Positions 1 to 9,986 of a stretch of 64,000 nt of DNA are shown here, in pieces. The stretch lies in assembly GCA_963662335.2 (NCBI GenBank), contig CAXXVD010000002.1, positions 384,001 through 448,000 of the forward strand, in the 5' to 3' direction. The DNA comes from Chloroflexota bacterium. Lineage in GTDB: Bacteria > Chloroflexota > UBA11872 > VXOZ01. The notes beneath the pieces were generated by a model. The model saw only the letters and a program-made list of their open reading frames with translations, ran no database searches and was not told the origin of the DNA. The stretch's first letter is position 1; every line of letters starts with the position of its first letter. The translations under genes were made by a program, and so were the position numbers.

Positions 1-73
1 GGCTTGTCCCCCGCCTCTTCCCGCGCGTTGTAGAGGCCCCGCGGGCCGCTAGGATTGCAGAGGAGCGCAGGAC

Positions 74-706
74 GTGGCGACACTGGTGGAACCGGCCGTA
101 AACCAGATGAGCATACGGCCTTTCAGCATCGAAGAGTACCACTGGTTGAGCGAGCACGACTTCTTCCATGAAGATGAGCGGGTGGAGCTAGTCACGGGAA
201 TTCTGGTTCAGATGAGCCCCAAGGGGGTGCGCCATGCGGCCTGCCGCAGCAAGATGCTACATCTTCTGCTTTCCCAAGTCCGCGACGATGCTTTGGTGCG
301 TGTGCAGGGCCCCATTACACTCTGCGACAACAACTCCGAACCTGAAGCCGACATAGTGTTGGCTTCCCCACGTGCGGGTGAGTATTACGATCGACATCCA
401 TACCCTGCGGACGTGCTCTTGGTGGTGGAAATCGCAGATTCGAGTTTGGAATATGACCGACGTGTCAAGATTCCGCTATACGCGGCCGCGGGAATTGGCG
501 AGTACTGGCTGATGAATTTGCAGGAAAACAATATAGAAGTGCACCGTGGGCCAACCTCTCCGGCAGCAGGCGCGGCATACTATCGCAAGCGCGTGATCTG
601 CTCGGCGCAGGAAACGATCCGGCCCGCGCACTTTCCCAATTGCGCGGTGCGGGTTGAGGATGCGCTCCTACTGAAACACGACAAGGGTGACCTCACTGGC
701 GCGTAG
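74..706 (+). CDS. Uma2/DUF820 family PD-(D/E)XK endonuclease-like protein
   Basis: FSIEEY..ERVEL..G, EPEAD, LLVVEIADSSLEYDR..K..LYA..GI.EYW motifs; GTG start preceded by AGGAG. Confidence 0.9.
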   Translation: MATLVEPAVNQMSIRPFSIEEYHWLSEHDFFHEDERVELVTGILVQMSPKGVRHAACRSKMLHLLLSQVRDDALVRVQGPITLCDNNSEPEADIVLASPRAGEYYDRHPYPADVLLVVEIADSSLEYDRRVKIPLYAAAGIGEYWLMNLQENNIEVHRGPTSPAAGAAYYRKRVICSAQETIRPAHFPNCAVRVEDALLLKHDKGDLTGA

Positions 707-790
707 CGTGTCCGGTGTTGGTATCATGATAGTCGCATTCTAGAATCACGGTACGTTACTGACTCGTCTACTGGACAAGGAAAGAACAGC

Positions 791-1858
791 ATGGCAAACA
801 GCGACGGTTACAACATAGGTGTTCTCGGCGCTACCGGTGTGGTGGGGCGTCTGTTGCTCGACATTCTCGAAGAACGGGCGTTTCCCGTGAAGGAACTGCG
901 CCCGCTCGCCTCGGCGAATTCGCTGGGCAAGACCGTGGCGTTCGGCGGTGAAGAGCACGGCGTGCAGGAGACCACCGAGGACTCGTTCGATGGCTTGGAC
1001 ATCCTCTTTGCCTCCGCCGCCACCGGCGCCAACCGGCACTTTTCGCCAATCGCCGCCGCCGCGGGGGTGACGGTGGTGGACGACTCTTCCGCCTTTCGCA
1101 TGGATCCGGACGTGCCGCTGGTCATCGCCGGCGTGAACGACGACGACCTGCGCTGGCACAACGGCATCATCGCCGGGCCGAATTGCACCACGATGCAACT
1201 CGTGATTGCCGTCAACCCCATTCATCGGGTGAACCCCATCCGGCGCTTGGTGGTCGATACCTACCAGGCGGTCTCCGGTTGGGGCCGGGACGCCGTGGTC
1301 GAGTTGGACGAACAGATCAAGGCCAGGGCCGCCGGCAATGGTGATAATCTGCCCCGGCAGATCTTCCGTCACGACATTCTCGGCAACGTGCTGCCGGAGG
1401 TCGACTCGTTCCTGGACGACGGCTACACCAAGGAAGAGTGGAAGGTCATCCACGAGACGCGCAAGATCATGCACGCGCCGGAAATGTTGATTACGTGCAC
1501 GGCGGTGCGGGTGCCGGTGGCGGTGGGCCACTCCGAGGCGGTGCACCTGGAACTGGCGCGCCCCATGACCGCCGACGCGGTGCGCGCGGTCCTGGCGGAC
1601 GCGCCGGACGTGCGGATTGTGGACGACCCCGGCCAGGGGCTCTACCCGGTGGCCACCGACGCGGCCGGCACGGACGACGTGCTCATCGGCCGCATTCGCA
1701 ACGACGTTTCGCACGAAAACGGCGTGGCCATGTGGGTGGTGGCCGATAACCTGCGCTGCGGCGCGGCTACCAACGCCGTGCGCACGGCCGAACTGCTCGT
1801 CGCGCGCGGCCTGCTGCACGGCGCGGCGGCAGCGGCGGCTGGCAGGAGCGCCGGCTAG
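791..1858 (+). CDS. asd: aspartate-semialdehyde dehydrogenase
   Basis: LGATGVVG Rossmann motif, DDSSAFRM, GPNCTT (catalytic Cys), RVPV..GHSE, DNL..GAA.NAV. Confidence 0.96.
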   Translation: MANSDGYNIGVLGATGVVGRLLLDILEERAFPVKELRPLASANSLGKTVAFGGEEHGVQETTEDSFDGLDILFASAATGANRHFSPIAAAAGVTVVDDSSAFRMDPDVPLVIAGVNDDDLRWHNGIIAGPNCTTMQLVIAVNPIHRVNPIRRLVVDTYQAVSGWGRDAVVELDEQIKARAAGNGDNLPRQIFRHDILGNVLPEVDSFLDDGYTKEEWKVIHETRKIMHAPEMLITCTAVRVPVAVGHSEAVHLELARPMTADAVRAVLADAPDVRIVDDPGQGLYPVATDAAGTDDVLIGRIRNDVSHENGVAMWVVADNLRCGAATNAVRTAELLVARGLLHGAAAAAAGRSAG

Positions 1859-2093
1859 CGCCGCCCCGGCAAACCGCCGCCGGATTGCCAACTCCCGCCT
1901 GGCGCTTTCCCCATCCGCCGTAGCGCGGGGGCTTGTCCCCCGCCCGGCGCGGCGTGCGTTCATTGTGCAGTCGGGGCTTGCCCTCCGCTTGGCGCGGTAC
2001 GATACCGCATCTGCCTAAATCGTGTGACACCGCGCTTTGCGTACGGTACACTGTGGCAAATGACCACGCATGCATACGAGGAGGAGCGCACCC

Positions 2094-3020
2094 ATGGCTG
2101 GCACGGAACTTGGCAGACTGATTACGGCGATGGTCACGCCCTTCGGCGACGACGGCGCGGTGGACTACGGCCAACTGGGCCGGCTGGCCGAACAGCTTAT
2201 CCAAGGCGGCTCCGACGCGCTGCTGGTCACCGGCACCACCGGCGAATCGCCCACGCTCTCCCACGAGGAGAAGCTGGAATGCTACCGCACCGTCATGGCG
2301 GCGGCGGACGGGCGCGTACCCGTAGTCGCCGGCACCGGCAATTACGCCACGGATGAGAGCGCGGCCTTCTCCCGCGAGGCGGAGGCGCTCGGCGTGGACG
2401 CCCTGCTGCTGGTCGTGCCCTACTACAACAACCCGCCGCAAGAGGGCCTCTACCAACACTTCAAGACGATTGCCGAGAGCACGTCGCTGCCGTGCATCGT
2501 CTACAACGTGCCCACCCGCACGGTGCGCAACATGGAGGCCGCCACCACGGCGCGCCTGGCGGAAGTGGACAACATCGTGGGCGTGAAAGAGGCATCCGGC
2601 GACCTGGGCCAGATTTCCGACGTGCTGCGCCTGGCGCCCGCCGACTTCCGCGTCTGGAGCGGCAACGATTCCGATACCTACCACATCATGTGCATGGGCG
2701 GCTACGGCATCATCAGCGTCGCCAGCCACGTGATCGGCCTGCAAATCAGGAAGATGATCGACACCACCCTGGCCTCCGACATCCCCACGGCCGGCGCGCT
2801 CCACCAACACCTGATGCCGCTCTTCACGTCGATCTTCCCGCCCATCTCGCCGGTGGCCAGCCCGGCCGCCATCAAGGCCTGCCTCAACCTGGCCGGCTTC
2901 AACGCCGGCGGCCACCGCCTGCCCCTGATCCCGGTCCCCGACGAATTCGCCCACACCCTGCGCGAACTGCTGGGGACGTATGAGTTGGATCCGAATCTGT
3001 CGGTGCTGGCGACGGTGTAG
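2094..3020 (+). CDS. dapA: 4-hydroxy-tetrahydrodipicolinate synthase
   Basis: TAMVTPF, GTTGES, PYYN, YNVP.RT, GVKEA (Schiff-base Lys); ATG 2094 follows GAGGAG; follows asd. Confidence 0.95.
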   Translation: MAGTELGRLITAMVTPFGDDGAVDYGQLGRLAEQLIQGGSDALLVTGTTGESPTLSHEEKLECYRTVMAAADGRVPVVAGTGNYATDESAAFSREAEALGVDALLLVVPYYNNPPQEGLYQHFKTIAESTSLPCIVYNVPTRTVRNMEAATTARLAEVDNIVGVKEASGDLGQISDVLRLAPADFRVWSGNDSDTYHIMCMGGYGIISVASHVIGLQIRKMIDTTLASDIPTAGALHQHLMPLFTSIFPPISPVASPAAIKACLNLAGFNAGGHRLPLIPVPDEFAHTLRELLGTYELDPNLSVLATV

Positions 3021-3087
3021 GCGCTTTGTCGGCAATTTGTACGTAAGGTATTGCGCTAGGCGTTGAAGTCAAGATAGTGTCTCTCGC

Positions 3088-3125
3088 ACGCCCTCGTGCT
3101 AACTGCACGGGGGCGTTCTTCCTTT
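3088..3125 (+). terminator. probable intrinsic terminator after dapA
   Basis: 12-bp stem ACGCCCTCGTGC/GCACGGGGGCGT, 5-nt loop, pyrimidine-rich tail TCTTCCTTT. Confidence 0.55.
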
Positions 3126-3364
3126 AACTCACTTGCGTGCTTCCGGGCGAAAGCGCCTCTATGTTCTCAGGGTCAGTATCGTCGTATTTGGGTCGGACTG
3201 TGCTAAGATAACCGTGCCAAGACTGTATCGTCACCATAGCCCCATTCCGTTTGCCAGCGGATAGGGAGATTAGGTAAGAGCGCGCCTCGCGCTCCCTTGC
3301 GGGCTATGCGTGATGCAGTCTTGGCAGCCTGCGCTCAGCTTATCTCTGCAAGGGAGTAGCTAAA

Positions 3365-5212
3365 GTGCGCCTGCTTATACCTGCCCTTGTCCTTCTCTTC
3401 TTCGTGCTGACCGCTTCATCTGTGTCTGCTCACGGCCATTGTGAGTTTCGTCTGGGTTTCAAAACGCTCCGCGACCTCATCGGACACCACATCGTGGGCG
3501 AATGTCTGGAAAACGAGTACTACAACGCCATCGGCGATAGCAATCAGCGCACAACCGGCGGACTAATGGCCTGGCGCAAGGCGGACAATTGGACGGCGTT
3601 TACGGATGGCTATCGCACGTGGATCAATGGTCCCTATGGGCTTGTGCAGCGCCTGAACACTGAACGATTCCCGTGGGAAGCGGACCATGTTCATGCACCA
3701 CCGCCAACGCCGGGACCAATTCCCCTAGCGACACCTACGCCGGTCCTGCAAGCGTCCATTGATCCCACACTTGCCCATGCGTATCACATCATGCGCCGTT
3801 CGCGGACCGGAAACCAAGTCGCGGACACGTTCGTGCGTCTAGGGGCAAGTGTCCAGTTCGGTACAGATGGCGATGCCTTAAGCGCGTGGCGTGAGTCTCC
3901 TCCTAGCATTCGTCTCCATGAACGATACCGGCGGGAGAGTTACGAGTTGCAAGCCTTCATGTTGGTCTATCCGACAGTAATGTTGGCGTCGGTAACTGAC
4001 TTTGGCCAGCCTCAGTCCTGGGAGCAGTGCATCAGCATGAGAGCACACGGGTACACCCAGGCGGCTAAGTATTGGCTGGAGACTCACGGCGCACGCGGCA
4101 AGCAGAACCCTACCGGGGAGGAAAAGTTCGCAAATGCTGTGCTGGCCGCGCACCTTGATAACGGCATTCGCAGAGTTGTCACGATGGACACTGTCTGTGA
4201 ACGATTCGGCACGCCTTCCACGCCAACTCCTTCACCAGCCCCTAGACCGACTATCGACCCCGTCTTGGGCCATGCGTTTGAAGTATTGCGCACCACACGA
4301 ACCGGGAGGGAAATTGCCGATAGGTTCTTTCAGTCGGGGGCAAGCGCAGTATTCGGTCCGTTGGACGGTTCCACAAGCCGGTGGAGTTCCACGCCTCGTC
4401 GCATCACCATAAATCAGGAGTACCGCAGCGAGAGTCCGGAAGCGCTCGCACATGCGCTCATCTGGCCGACGATGGCACTGAGTGTTTGGATTGAAGACGG
4501 TAACTCAGCTTCTTGGCAAGAATGCATGAATCGAATGGTCGCACTTGAGAGGCTTCAGTCTCAGTGGTGGCTGGAGAAGTTCGGCACAGATGGCAAACGA
4601 AACCCCACGCAAATGGAGCGGTGGGCCAACAATGGCCTGAGTTGGCTACGTACACAAAACACGAGGAACGTGTGGATGAGTGCTCACTACAGAGAGCAGT
4701 GTGGAAGAAGTGATGACCCTGGGCCGTACATCGATCCCGACCTTGCGGACGCGTTCGTGACGGCGCTCAAGGGCGAATCCGAAATCGGTAGGTGGGCGGT
4801 AGACGCGGTTGTTGCAGCAGGAACTGAGGTAGTGTTTGGGCCCGTAGGGGGATGGGGCAGCTACTCGCCGTTGCGCAACCTCATTACCATTAGCGAAGAG
4901 CTAAGGGGCTACAGCAACCAGGTGCTCGCCTCGGTGCTCATTCACGAGGCGTATCACGTCTTGTCGCACGGGAGCAGAGGGGGGCGGCAGCAAGCTACTC
5001 CCGCGGAGTGCCTCCAGGAGGAGGTAGATGCATTCAGGCTATCAGCCCGTTGGTGGTATGAGTGGTACGGGCGCTACGGCAGGAGAAACCCCAATCGTGC
5101 GGAACTGGCGAATAACGCTCTCATGCAGGCATGGCTCAATGATAGACTTACGGAGTGGGTGCTGCTCAGTGAAGGCTACCAATACCAGTGTCTAGGGGGC
5201 GTAGTCGAGTAG
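3365..5212 (+). CDS. secreted protein: N-terminal Cys-containing surface domain, Pro/Thr linkers, three tandem ~160-aa zincin-like repeats (only the last has HExxH)
   Basis: Signal peptide; repeats start IDPTLAHAY / IDPVLGHAF / IDPDLADAF; HEAYH...EEVDAF in repeat 3. Confidence 0.8.
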   Translation: MRLLIPALVLLFFVLTASSVSAHGHCEFRLGFKTLRDLIGHHIVGECLENEYYNAIGDSNQRTTGGLMAWRKADNWTAFTDGYRTWINGPYGLVQRLNTERFPWEADHVHAPPPTPGPIPLATPTPVLQASIDPTLAHAYHIMRRSRTGNQVADTFVRLGASVQFGTDGDALSAWRESPPSIRLHERYRRESYELQAFMLVYPTVMLASVTDFGQPQSWEQCISMRAHGYTQAAKYWLETHGARGKQNPTGEEKFANAVLAAHLDNGIRRVVTMDTVCERFGTPSTPTPSPAPRPTIDPVLGHAFEVLRTTRTGREIADRFFQSGASAVFGPLDGSTSRWSSTPRRITINQEYRSESPEALAHALIWPTMALSVWIEDGNSASWQECMNRMVALERLQSQWWLEKFGTDGKRNPTQMERWANNGLSWLRTQNTRNVWMSAHYREQCGRSDDPGPYIDPDLADAFVTALKGESEIGRWAVDAVVAAGTEVVFGPVGGWGSYSPLRNLITISEELRGYSNQVLASVLIHEAYHVLSHGSRGGRQQATPAECLQEEVDAFRLSARWWYEWYGRYGRRNPNRAELANNALMQAWLNDRLTEWVLLSEGYQYQCLGGVVE

Positions 5213-5223
5213 CCCTGGAAAAG

Positions 5224-5532
5224 TCATCGACTTCCAGTTGCGACAGACATTCCCGAGATGGGTAGAGATGGAGGCGCGGACCGCGTAGGCAGGATGAGAA
5301 CATCATCCTCGGCGGTGACGTGCTCGATCAGGGCTTTCTCGATTGGTATTCCCGCTTGCTCCAGCGTATCGAGCAGCGCATCGAAGTCCGAATCGGTTCC
5401 CACGACGGTTTGATTGAAGATGGCAACCCACTGTTCGGGATGCTCTTGCAGAAGTTGCGCGTAGTGCGACTCGAAGTAGTCGACGTCCCGCTGGAAGCGG
5501 GCGATGCTTTCTGGTTGGCTCTCTTGGCTCAC
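5224..5532 (-). CDS. DUF5678-like small protein
   Basis: C-terminal part of track ORF 5224..6309; GTG at 5532 with AGGAGG RBS; ..YF..HY.QL..EHPEQWVAI....VVG.. pattern. Confidence 0.7.
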   Translation of the reverse strand: MSQESQPESIARFQRDVDYFESHYAQLLQEHPEQWVAIFNQTVVGTDSDFDALLDTLEQAGIPIEKALIEHVTAEDDVLILPTRSAPPSLPISGMSVATGSR

Positions 5533-5564
5533 GGCGCGGCGCCTCCTGCATGTGACGGCACTGC

Positions 5565-6185
5565 CTAGCGCAGGTCTTCCCCGGTCAGGCGCAATTCGCC
5601 CGGCACGATCTGCACGCCCGTCACCCGTATCCCGTGCGCCGTCCTGAAATACGTGTCCAGCCTCTCGTTGACCTCGGCCGCGGCCTCCGCCATGTACCCC
5701 GCCGGCACCGGCAGGACGCCAAACTTCCCCTTGATGTTGTCCGCCTCCAACCTGCCGTTGCGCACCACCAGGCGGCCGCTGACCTGCACCGTCGTGCGGA
5801 ACGGACGTTGCAGTTGGCCCCGGATGACGAAAGCGTCGTGCGCCAACTCGATGGCAATGTCCGAGACCTCGCCGTCGGGGTTGTTCACCGCGATCGCGGC
5901 TTCTATCTTTGCAATCAATTCTTGCTCGGTGAGTACTAACATGAACTGCCCCGGCGCCGGCGAGGGACACAGTGAATCGGGCGCCGCCGCCGGATCCCCT
6001 TGCGGCGGCAGACAGGAGACCCACGTTGCCGCCGCCTGCGGCCCGGCCGAAGCCTCCGGCCCAGGCGGCGCCACCGGCGGTGTTTCCGCGGCGGTTGGCG
6101 CTGCCGGCGCGCCGCCGCAGTGCGCGAGCAAGAGCGCGCACAGGCCAATGGCCGCCCACGCGGCATATATCCGGATCCGCCCCAT
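5565..6185 (-). CDS. putative lipoprotein, LmeA/DUF2993-like lipid-binding fold
   Basis: Hydrophobic N-terminus ending LAHC, Pro/Ala linker, LTEQEL...ITGVQIVPGELRLTG beta-rich domain. Confidence 0.6.
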   Translation of the reverse strand: MGRIRIYAAWAAIGLCALLLAHCGGAPAAPTAAETPPVAPPGPEASAGPQAAATWVSCLPPQGDPAAAPDSLCPSPAPGQFMLVLTEQELIAKIEAAIAVNNPDGEVSDIAIELAHDAFVIRGQLQRPFRTTVQVSGRLVVRNGRLEADNIKGKFGVLPVPAGYMAEAAAEVNERLDTYFRTAHGIRVTGVQIVPGELRLTGEDLR

Positions 6186-6262
6186 AACGCAGCGCCTCCC
6201 GCGCGCGGCATCGTGTTGTTTCCAGGCCCAACGCACGGAATCTACTCCCGCTGCCGGCGGGC

Positions 6263-6927
6263 CTACCGCGCCAGCCGTTCGCCGGTGACGCGAATCGTGC
6301 CCGGCGCAATCTCGACGCTGTCTATGCGCAGACCGCGCGCCGCGCCGACGTTGTCACTGATGAACCTGTTGGCCTGTTCCGTAAGCTGATCGCGCAACGC
6401 CTTTGGCATCGGCAGCGCGCCGAGATTCGCCTCCGTCAACTCCATGCGCACCGTGTCCCCGGCAATGATGAAATGCCCTTTGGCCGTGATGGTGGCGCGG
6501 AAAGGACTGGTGACCGTGCCGGTGGCCGCGAAGACGTCCTGTTCGAAGACGATGACGAGATTGGAAACCGGCGGTCATCCTCAGCGGCAATGACCTCGCC
6601 GAGCAGCGCGGTAAGGTCGCTATCGGAGACTTCGACGGTGAAGCGCCCGACGGCGTCGGCCTGGCTTATGGCGTCTTCGGCCCGCTGGATCGCGGCTTCA
6701 CGCGCGGCTGCCGCCGCGGCGGCGGAATCTGCGTCTCTGACGATTGTAATGGTCGGCGTCGGCGAGGGCGCGGCCCCGCCTGGAAGCAGCCCGCCGAGCG
6801 CCGGCGCGTCCACCACGCCGATCGCCGCCAGCAGCGCCACGCCGGCGACCAGCAGCGCCAGGAAGAGCGTGAAGAAGATGACGGCCAGCGCCTTGTAGAT
6901 TCGCCATATGAGTCCCACGCGCAGCAA
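6263..6927 (-). pseudogene. membrane-anchored LmeA/DUF2993-like paralog with a 1-bp frameshift at ~6573
   Basis: Adding one C on the coding strand (GAC-CG to GAC-CCG) joins ORF 6436..6927 to the frame of 6263..6451; the result aligns with the downstream lipoprotein. Confidence 0.7.
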
Positions 6928-7064
6928 CCGCCTTCCGGCTCTGTGAGCGTCCCTTCCGCTCCATAGTACAATACGGGCGGCAGGCCGCGTGTGTGACGGC
7001 GTGCTCCGCCTGAAAGCTGCCGGCGATGCCGGCGTCCGGCCCGGCGTGCGGCAAGGAGACCGGC

Positions 7065-7649
7065 ATGAACGAGGAGACAGCGCCGGAGCGAGAGCGAGGC
7101 GGGTCCGCGGCGCTCCGGGCCAAGGGGTATCGCACGCTCACGCGCTTGCGGCGGGCGCGGGCGGCCGCGCCGCGCAATCCCGCTTTGACCGCGCCGGAGT
7201 GGGAACTGCTGGGCCGTTTCGGCCTGCGGACTATCGACGCCGTGCGGCGGCGCATGGCCGAACGCGCGCTGCTGGCCGCCTACGACGGCGCGCCGGCCGC
7301 CCTGACGGAAGCGCGAGTGGAACGCGCGCGGACGCCATCGGCGGATGACGGCGCGCAAGACCCTGGTCGGTCATACGATGAGGCCCACCTGGAAGCGCTG
7401 CTGGTAACAACCCTTTGCTACGACCCGGAATCCGAGCGAGTGTGCGTGGACTACACGGTCTCGCGGCGGCAGGTTGCGGTCGACGAGGGCGGGCGACGCC
7501 TGGAGACCCGCGACGGCGAGTTCTACGCGGTGACCTTCGATCCGCGCACGGGCGGCGTGGCCCGGCGGGAACGCGGCGCGCTGCGGCAAGCGCCGGGAGA
7601 ACCTGCGGCGCGGCGCGACGTGACGGTCGAGACCGTCGCGCCGCATTGA
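7065..7649 (+). CDS. hypothetical protein
   Basis: ATG with AAGGAG RBS; upstream TAGTACAAT -10-like box; no recognised motif. Confidence 0.6.
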   Translation: MNEETAPERERGGSAALRAKGYRTLTRLRRARAAAPRNPALTAPEWELLGRFGLRTIDAVRRRMAERALLAAYDGAPAALTEARVERARTPSADDGAQDPGRSYDEAHLEALLVTTLCYDPESERVCVDYTVSRRQVAVDEGGRRLETRDGEFYAVTFDPRTGGVARRERGALRQAPGEPAARRDVTVETVAPH

Positions 7650-7650
7650 A

Positions 7651-7928
7651 GTAGCGCGGGGGCTTGTCCCCCGCCATTGCATGAGACGAGGACACGCAAA
7701 GGTTCGACCCTTCAGCGTTCGCAGGTTGCAAACCTGCGCTACCGGAGACGCGCGGCGTGGTTCTATCGTCTTCAATCTAATGCGACGCCATTGGGGGGCA
7801 AGCCCCCGCGCTACGGCTTGGAACATTGAACGGGTTGCTGTCTCTCCCGTTCGCGCTGAGCCTGTCGAAGCGCACGTCTGCGCAGCGTAATCTTAGCGTA
7901 AGAAGCGGGGGACAAGCCCCCGCGCTAC
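7651..7928. repeat. cluster of REP-like palindromes (families A, B, E) containing an IS4-like end relic
   Basis: GTAGCGCGGGGGCTTGTCCCCCGC, GCAGGTTGCAAACCTGCGCTAC, CCGTTCGCGCTGAGCCTGTCGAAG copies. Confidence 0.85.
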
Positions 7929-8021
7929 GGAATTCGCCGCGCGGTTGCGCGCTAGCCTTCGGATTCGGCACAGTAGACGCAGCCCGTCTCTCTCCATCAC
8001 GCTCAACGAAGGTGACCCTGC

Positions 8022-8780
8022 GTGCCGCTGCCCGGCTTAACCGACTTTCAAACGCTGCTGCTCCTTGGCGGCCTGGTGACGTTCTTTGCCGCCGCCGTCG
8101 CGGGAACGACGGGCTTTGGCTACGGCCTCGTCAGCGTGCCCTTGCTGATGCTCGTGCTGCCGCCCAAGCTGGTGGTGCCGGCGGTCACCACGCACATCTT
8201 CCTGGTCTCATTGCTCATTCTCTTACAGGTCCTCAAGCACGTTGACCTGCGCCGCATCTGGCCGTTGATGGCGACCGGCCTCCTGGGGCTGCCGCTGGGC
8301 GTCTACGCGCTGCTCGTCCTCAGCGGGGGCGCGCTCAAGGCGATCGTTGGCGTCGTAATCGTATGCTTCGCGATTGCGCTGCTGCTGGGCCTCAACCTGG
8401 AGATCACAAACGAGAAACTCGCGCTGGCGCCGGTGGGCGTAGCGAGCGGGCTGCTGGCCTCGGGCATTGCCATGGCCGGCCCGCCGGTGATTCTCTTCTT
8501 CTCCAACCAGGGCATGGTGAAGCAGGTTTTTCGCGCCAACCTGGCCGCCTACTTCGTCTTCCTGAACACCGTCACCATGCCCGCCCACGCGGCGAGCGGG
8601 CTGCTTACGGGCGAGGCAGTGCGCTACGCGGCGCTCTTCCTGCCGACGCTGGCGGCGGGACTGGCATTGGGCAGTTTCTTCTCCCGCAAAGTGCCGGAGG
8701 CGCTCTTCCGCCGGGTCGTCTTGGTGGTGGTGCTGTGCACCGGGCTGCTTGCTATCGCCTCCGGCCTGGAAGTCTTCTGA
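8022..8780 (+). CDS. sulfite exporter TauE/SafE family membrane protein
   Basis: G.TGFG.GLV.VPLL and G.....GPP..L motifs; about 8 hydrophobic segments. Confidence 0.88.
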   Translation: MPLPGLTDFQTLLLLGGLVTFFAAAVAGTTGFGYGLVSVPLLMLVLPPKLVVPAVTTHIFLVSLLILLQVLKHVDLRRIWPLMATGLLGLPLGVYALLVLSGGALKAIVGVVIVCFAIALLLGLNLEITNEKLALAPVGVASGLLASGIAMAGPPVILFFSNQGMVKQVFRANLAAYFVFLNTVTMPAHAASGLLTGEAVRYAALFLPTLAAGLALGSFFSRKVPEALFRRVVLVVVLCTGLLAIASGLEVF

Positions 8781-8817
8781 GCGCCTCGGCCAAGATGGCG
8801 CCTGCCGTTCCCGCCAA

Positions 8818-9411
8818 GTAGCGGGGGACAAGCCCTAATGCTGTCGCGTTAAACAGAGAGGCAGCAAAACTCGCGTCCGCAATCTCCGGTAGCGCAGGTT
8901 TGTAACCTGCGTAGCTGCCAGGTCTATCCTTATGCATGTCAGTTTCAGCGGCTCCGGCGGGGGACAAGCCCCCGCCCTACGGGTTGTTGGCGGATATCGA
9001 GCGTACAGTTGCTAAGTTAACTGCACACTCCGTTCGCACTGAGCCTGTCGAAGTGCGCGTCTGCCCAGCGCGCTAGACCAAAGAGGCGGGGGACAAGCCC
9101 CCGCCCTACGGGTTGTTGGCGGATATCGAGCGTACAGTTGCTAAGTTTACTGCACACTCCGTTCGCACTGAGCCTGTCGAAGTGCGCGTTTGCCCAGCGC
9201 GATAGGCCAAAGAGGCGGGGGACAAGCCCCCGCGCTACGGGTTGGTGCGGAGGCGGGCTACGGTTGGTGCGGAGACACTGAGATCAGGCCCCGTGCTTCG
9301 AGAAGCTCAGCACGAACGGGTTGCGTATCTTCCGTTCGCACTGAGCCTGTCGAAGTGCGCGTTTGCCCAGCGCGCTAGACCAAAGAGGCGGGGGACAAGC
9401 CCCCGCGCTAC
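8818..9411. repeat. BIME-like mosaic array of alternating REP families A and E with ~128-bp repeated units
   Basis: Near-identical units start at ~8957 and ~9084; REP A recurs at ~9214 and ~9388. Confidence 0.9.
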
Positions 9412-9439
9412 GGGTTGGAGCCGCCGGCCTGGGAATCTT

Positions 9440-9982
9440 CTAGCCGGGGCCGGTTGCGCGGAGATTCCGCATTATCGCCTCCCAGCGCGCGGGATAGCTC
9501 TCGTGGCTCATGTGCGGCGCAAAGCCCAGTTTCAGGTAGATGTGAATGGCGGCCAGGCGCACGTCGTCGGTAAGCAGTTGCACGGAGCGCAAGCCGCGCG
9601 CGCGGAAGCGGCGCAAGACCGCCAGCGAGAGCCAGTAGCCCAGGCTTTGCCCCCGGTGGTCGGGGTGGACGCAGACCATGTGCACGGTGCCGCGCTCCGG
9701 CGGATTGTCTTCTTCATGGAACGCGCAGGCCGTGCCCACCACCGTTTCACCTTCCACCGCGAAAAATAACCCTCCAGAATCAAAACCCGGCGCGCTGATG
9801 ATCCGCTCGCGGCAGGCTTCTACCGTCCACGACGAGTTCATAGCTACGCCCACCAGTTCGGTCCACAGCGTCTCGTCGTTGGGCTGGTAGGAACGGATGC
9901 GGTACGGTTCCGGCACGCGCAACGGCGGTAGGTCGTCCAGGTGCGGGCGCACCATGATCAACTGCGGATTGGGTCGGCTCAC
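9440..9982 (-). CDS. GNAT family N-acetyltransferase
   Basis: VCVHPDHRGQSLG acetyl-CoA motif A; AI..Y.KLGF motif B. Confidence 0.9.
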   Translation of the reverse strand: MSRPNPQLIMVRPHLDDLPPLRVPEPYRIRSYQPNDETLWTELVGVAMNSSWTVEACRERIISAPGFDSGGLFFAVEGETVVGTACAFHEEDNPPERGTVHMVCVHPDHRGQSLGYWLSLAVLRRFRARGLRSVQLLTDDVRLAAIHIYLKLGFAPHMSHESYPARWEAIMRNLRATGPG

Positions 9983-9986
9983 GGCG

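Noticed and set aside
5533-6309. N-terminal part of track ORF 5224..6309
   Set aside because: Alternative frame of the lipoprotein gene; only the last 102 codons have an RBS and protein-like composition
7793-8836. Composite transposon carrying tauE
   Set aside because: Both IS-like ends face outward from tauE, so the gene is not enclosed by them
8957-9411. Possible CRISPR or ncRNA array
   Set aside because: The inter-repeat segments are themselves duplicated and made of REP families found throughout the window
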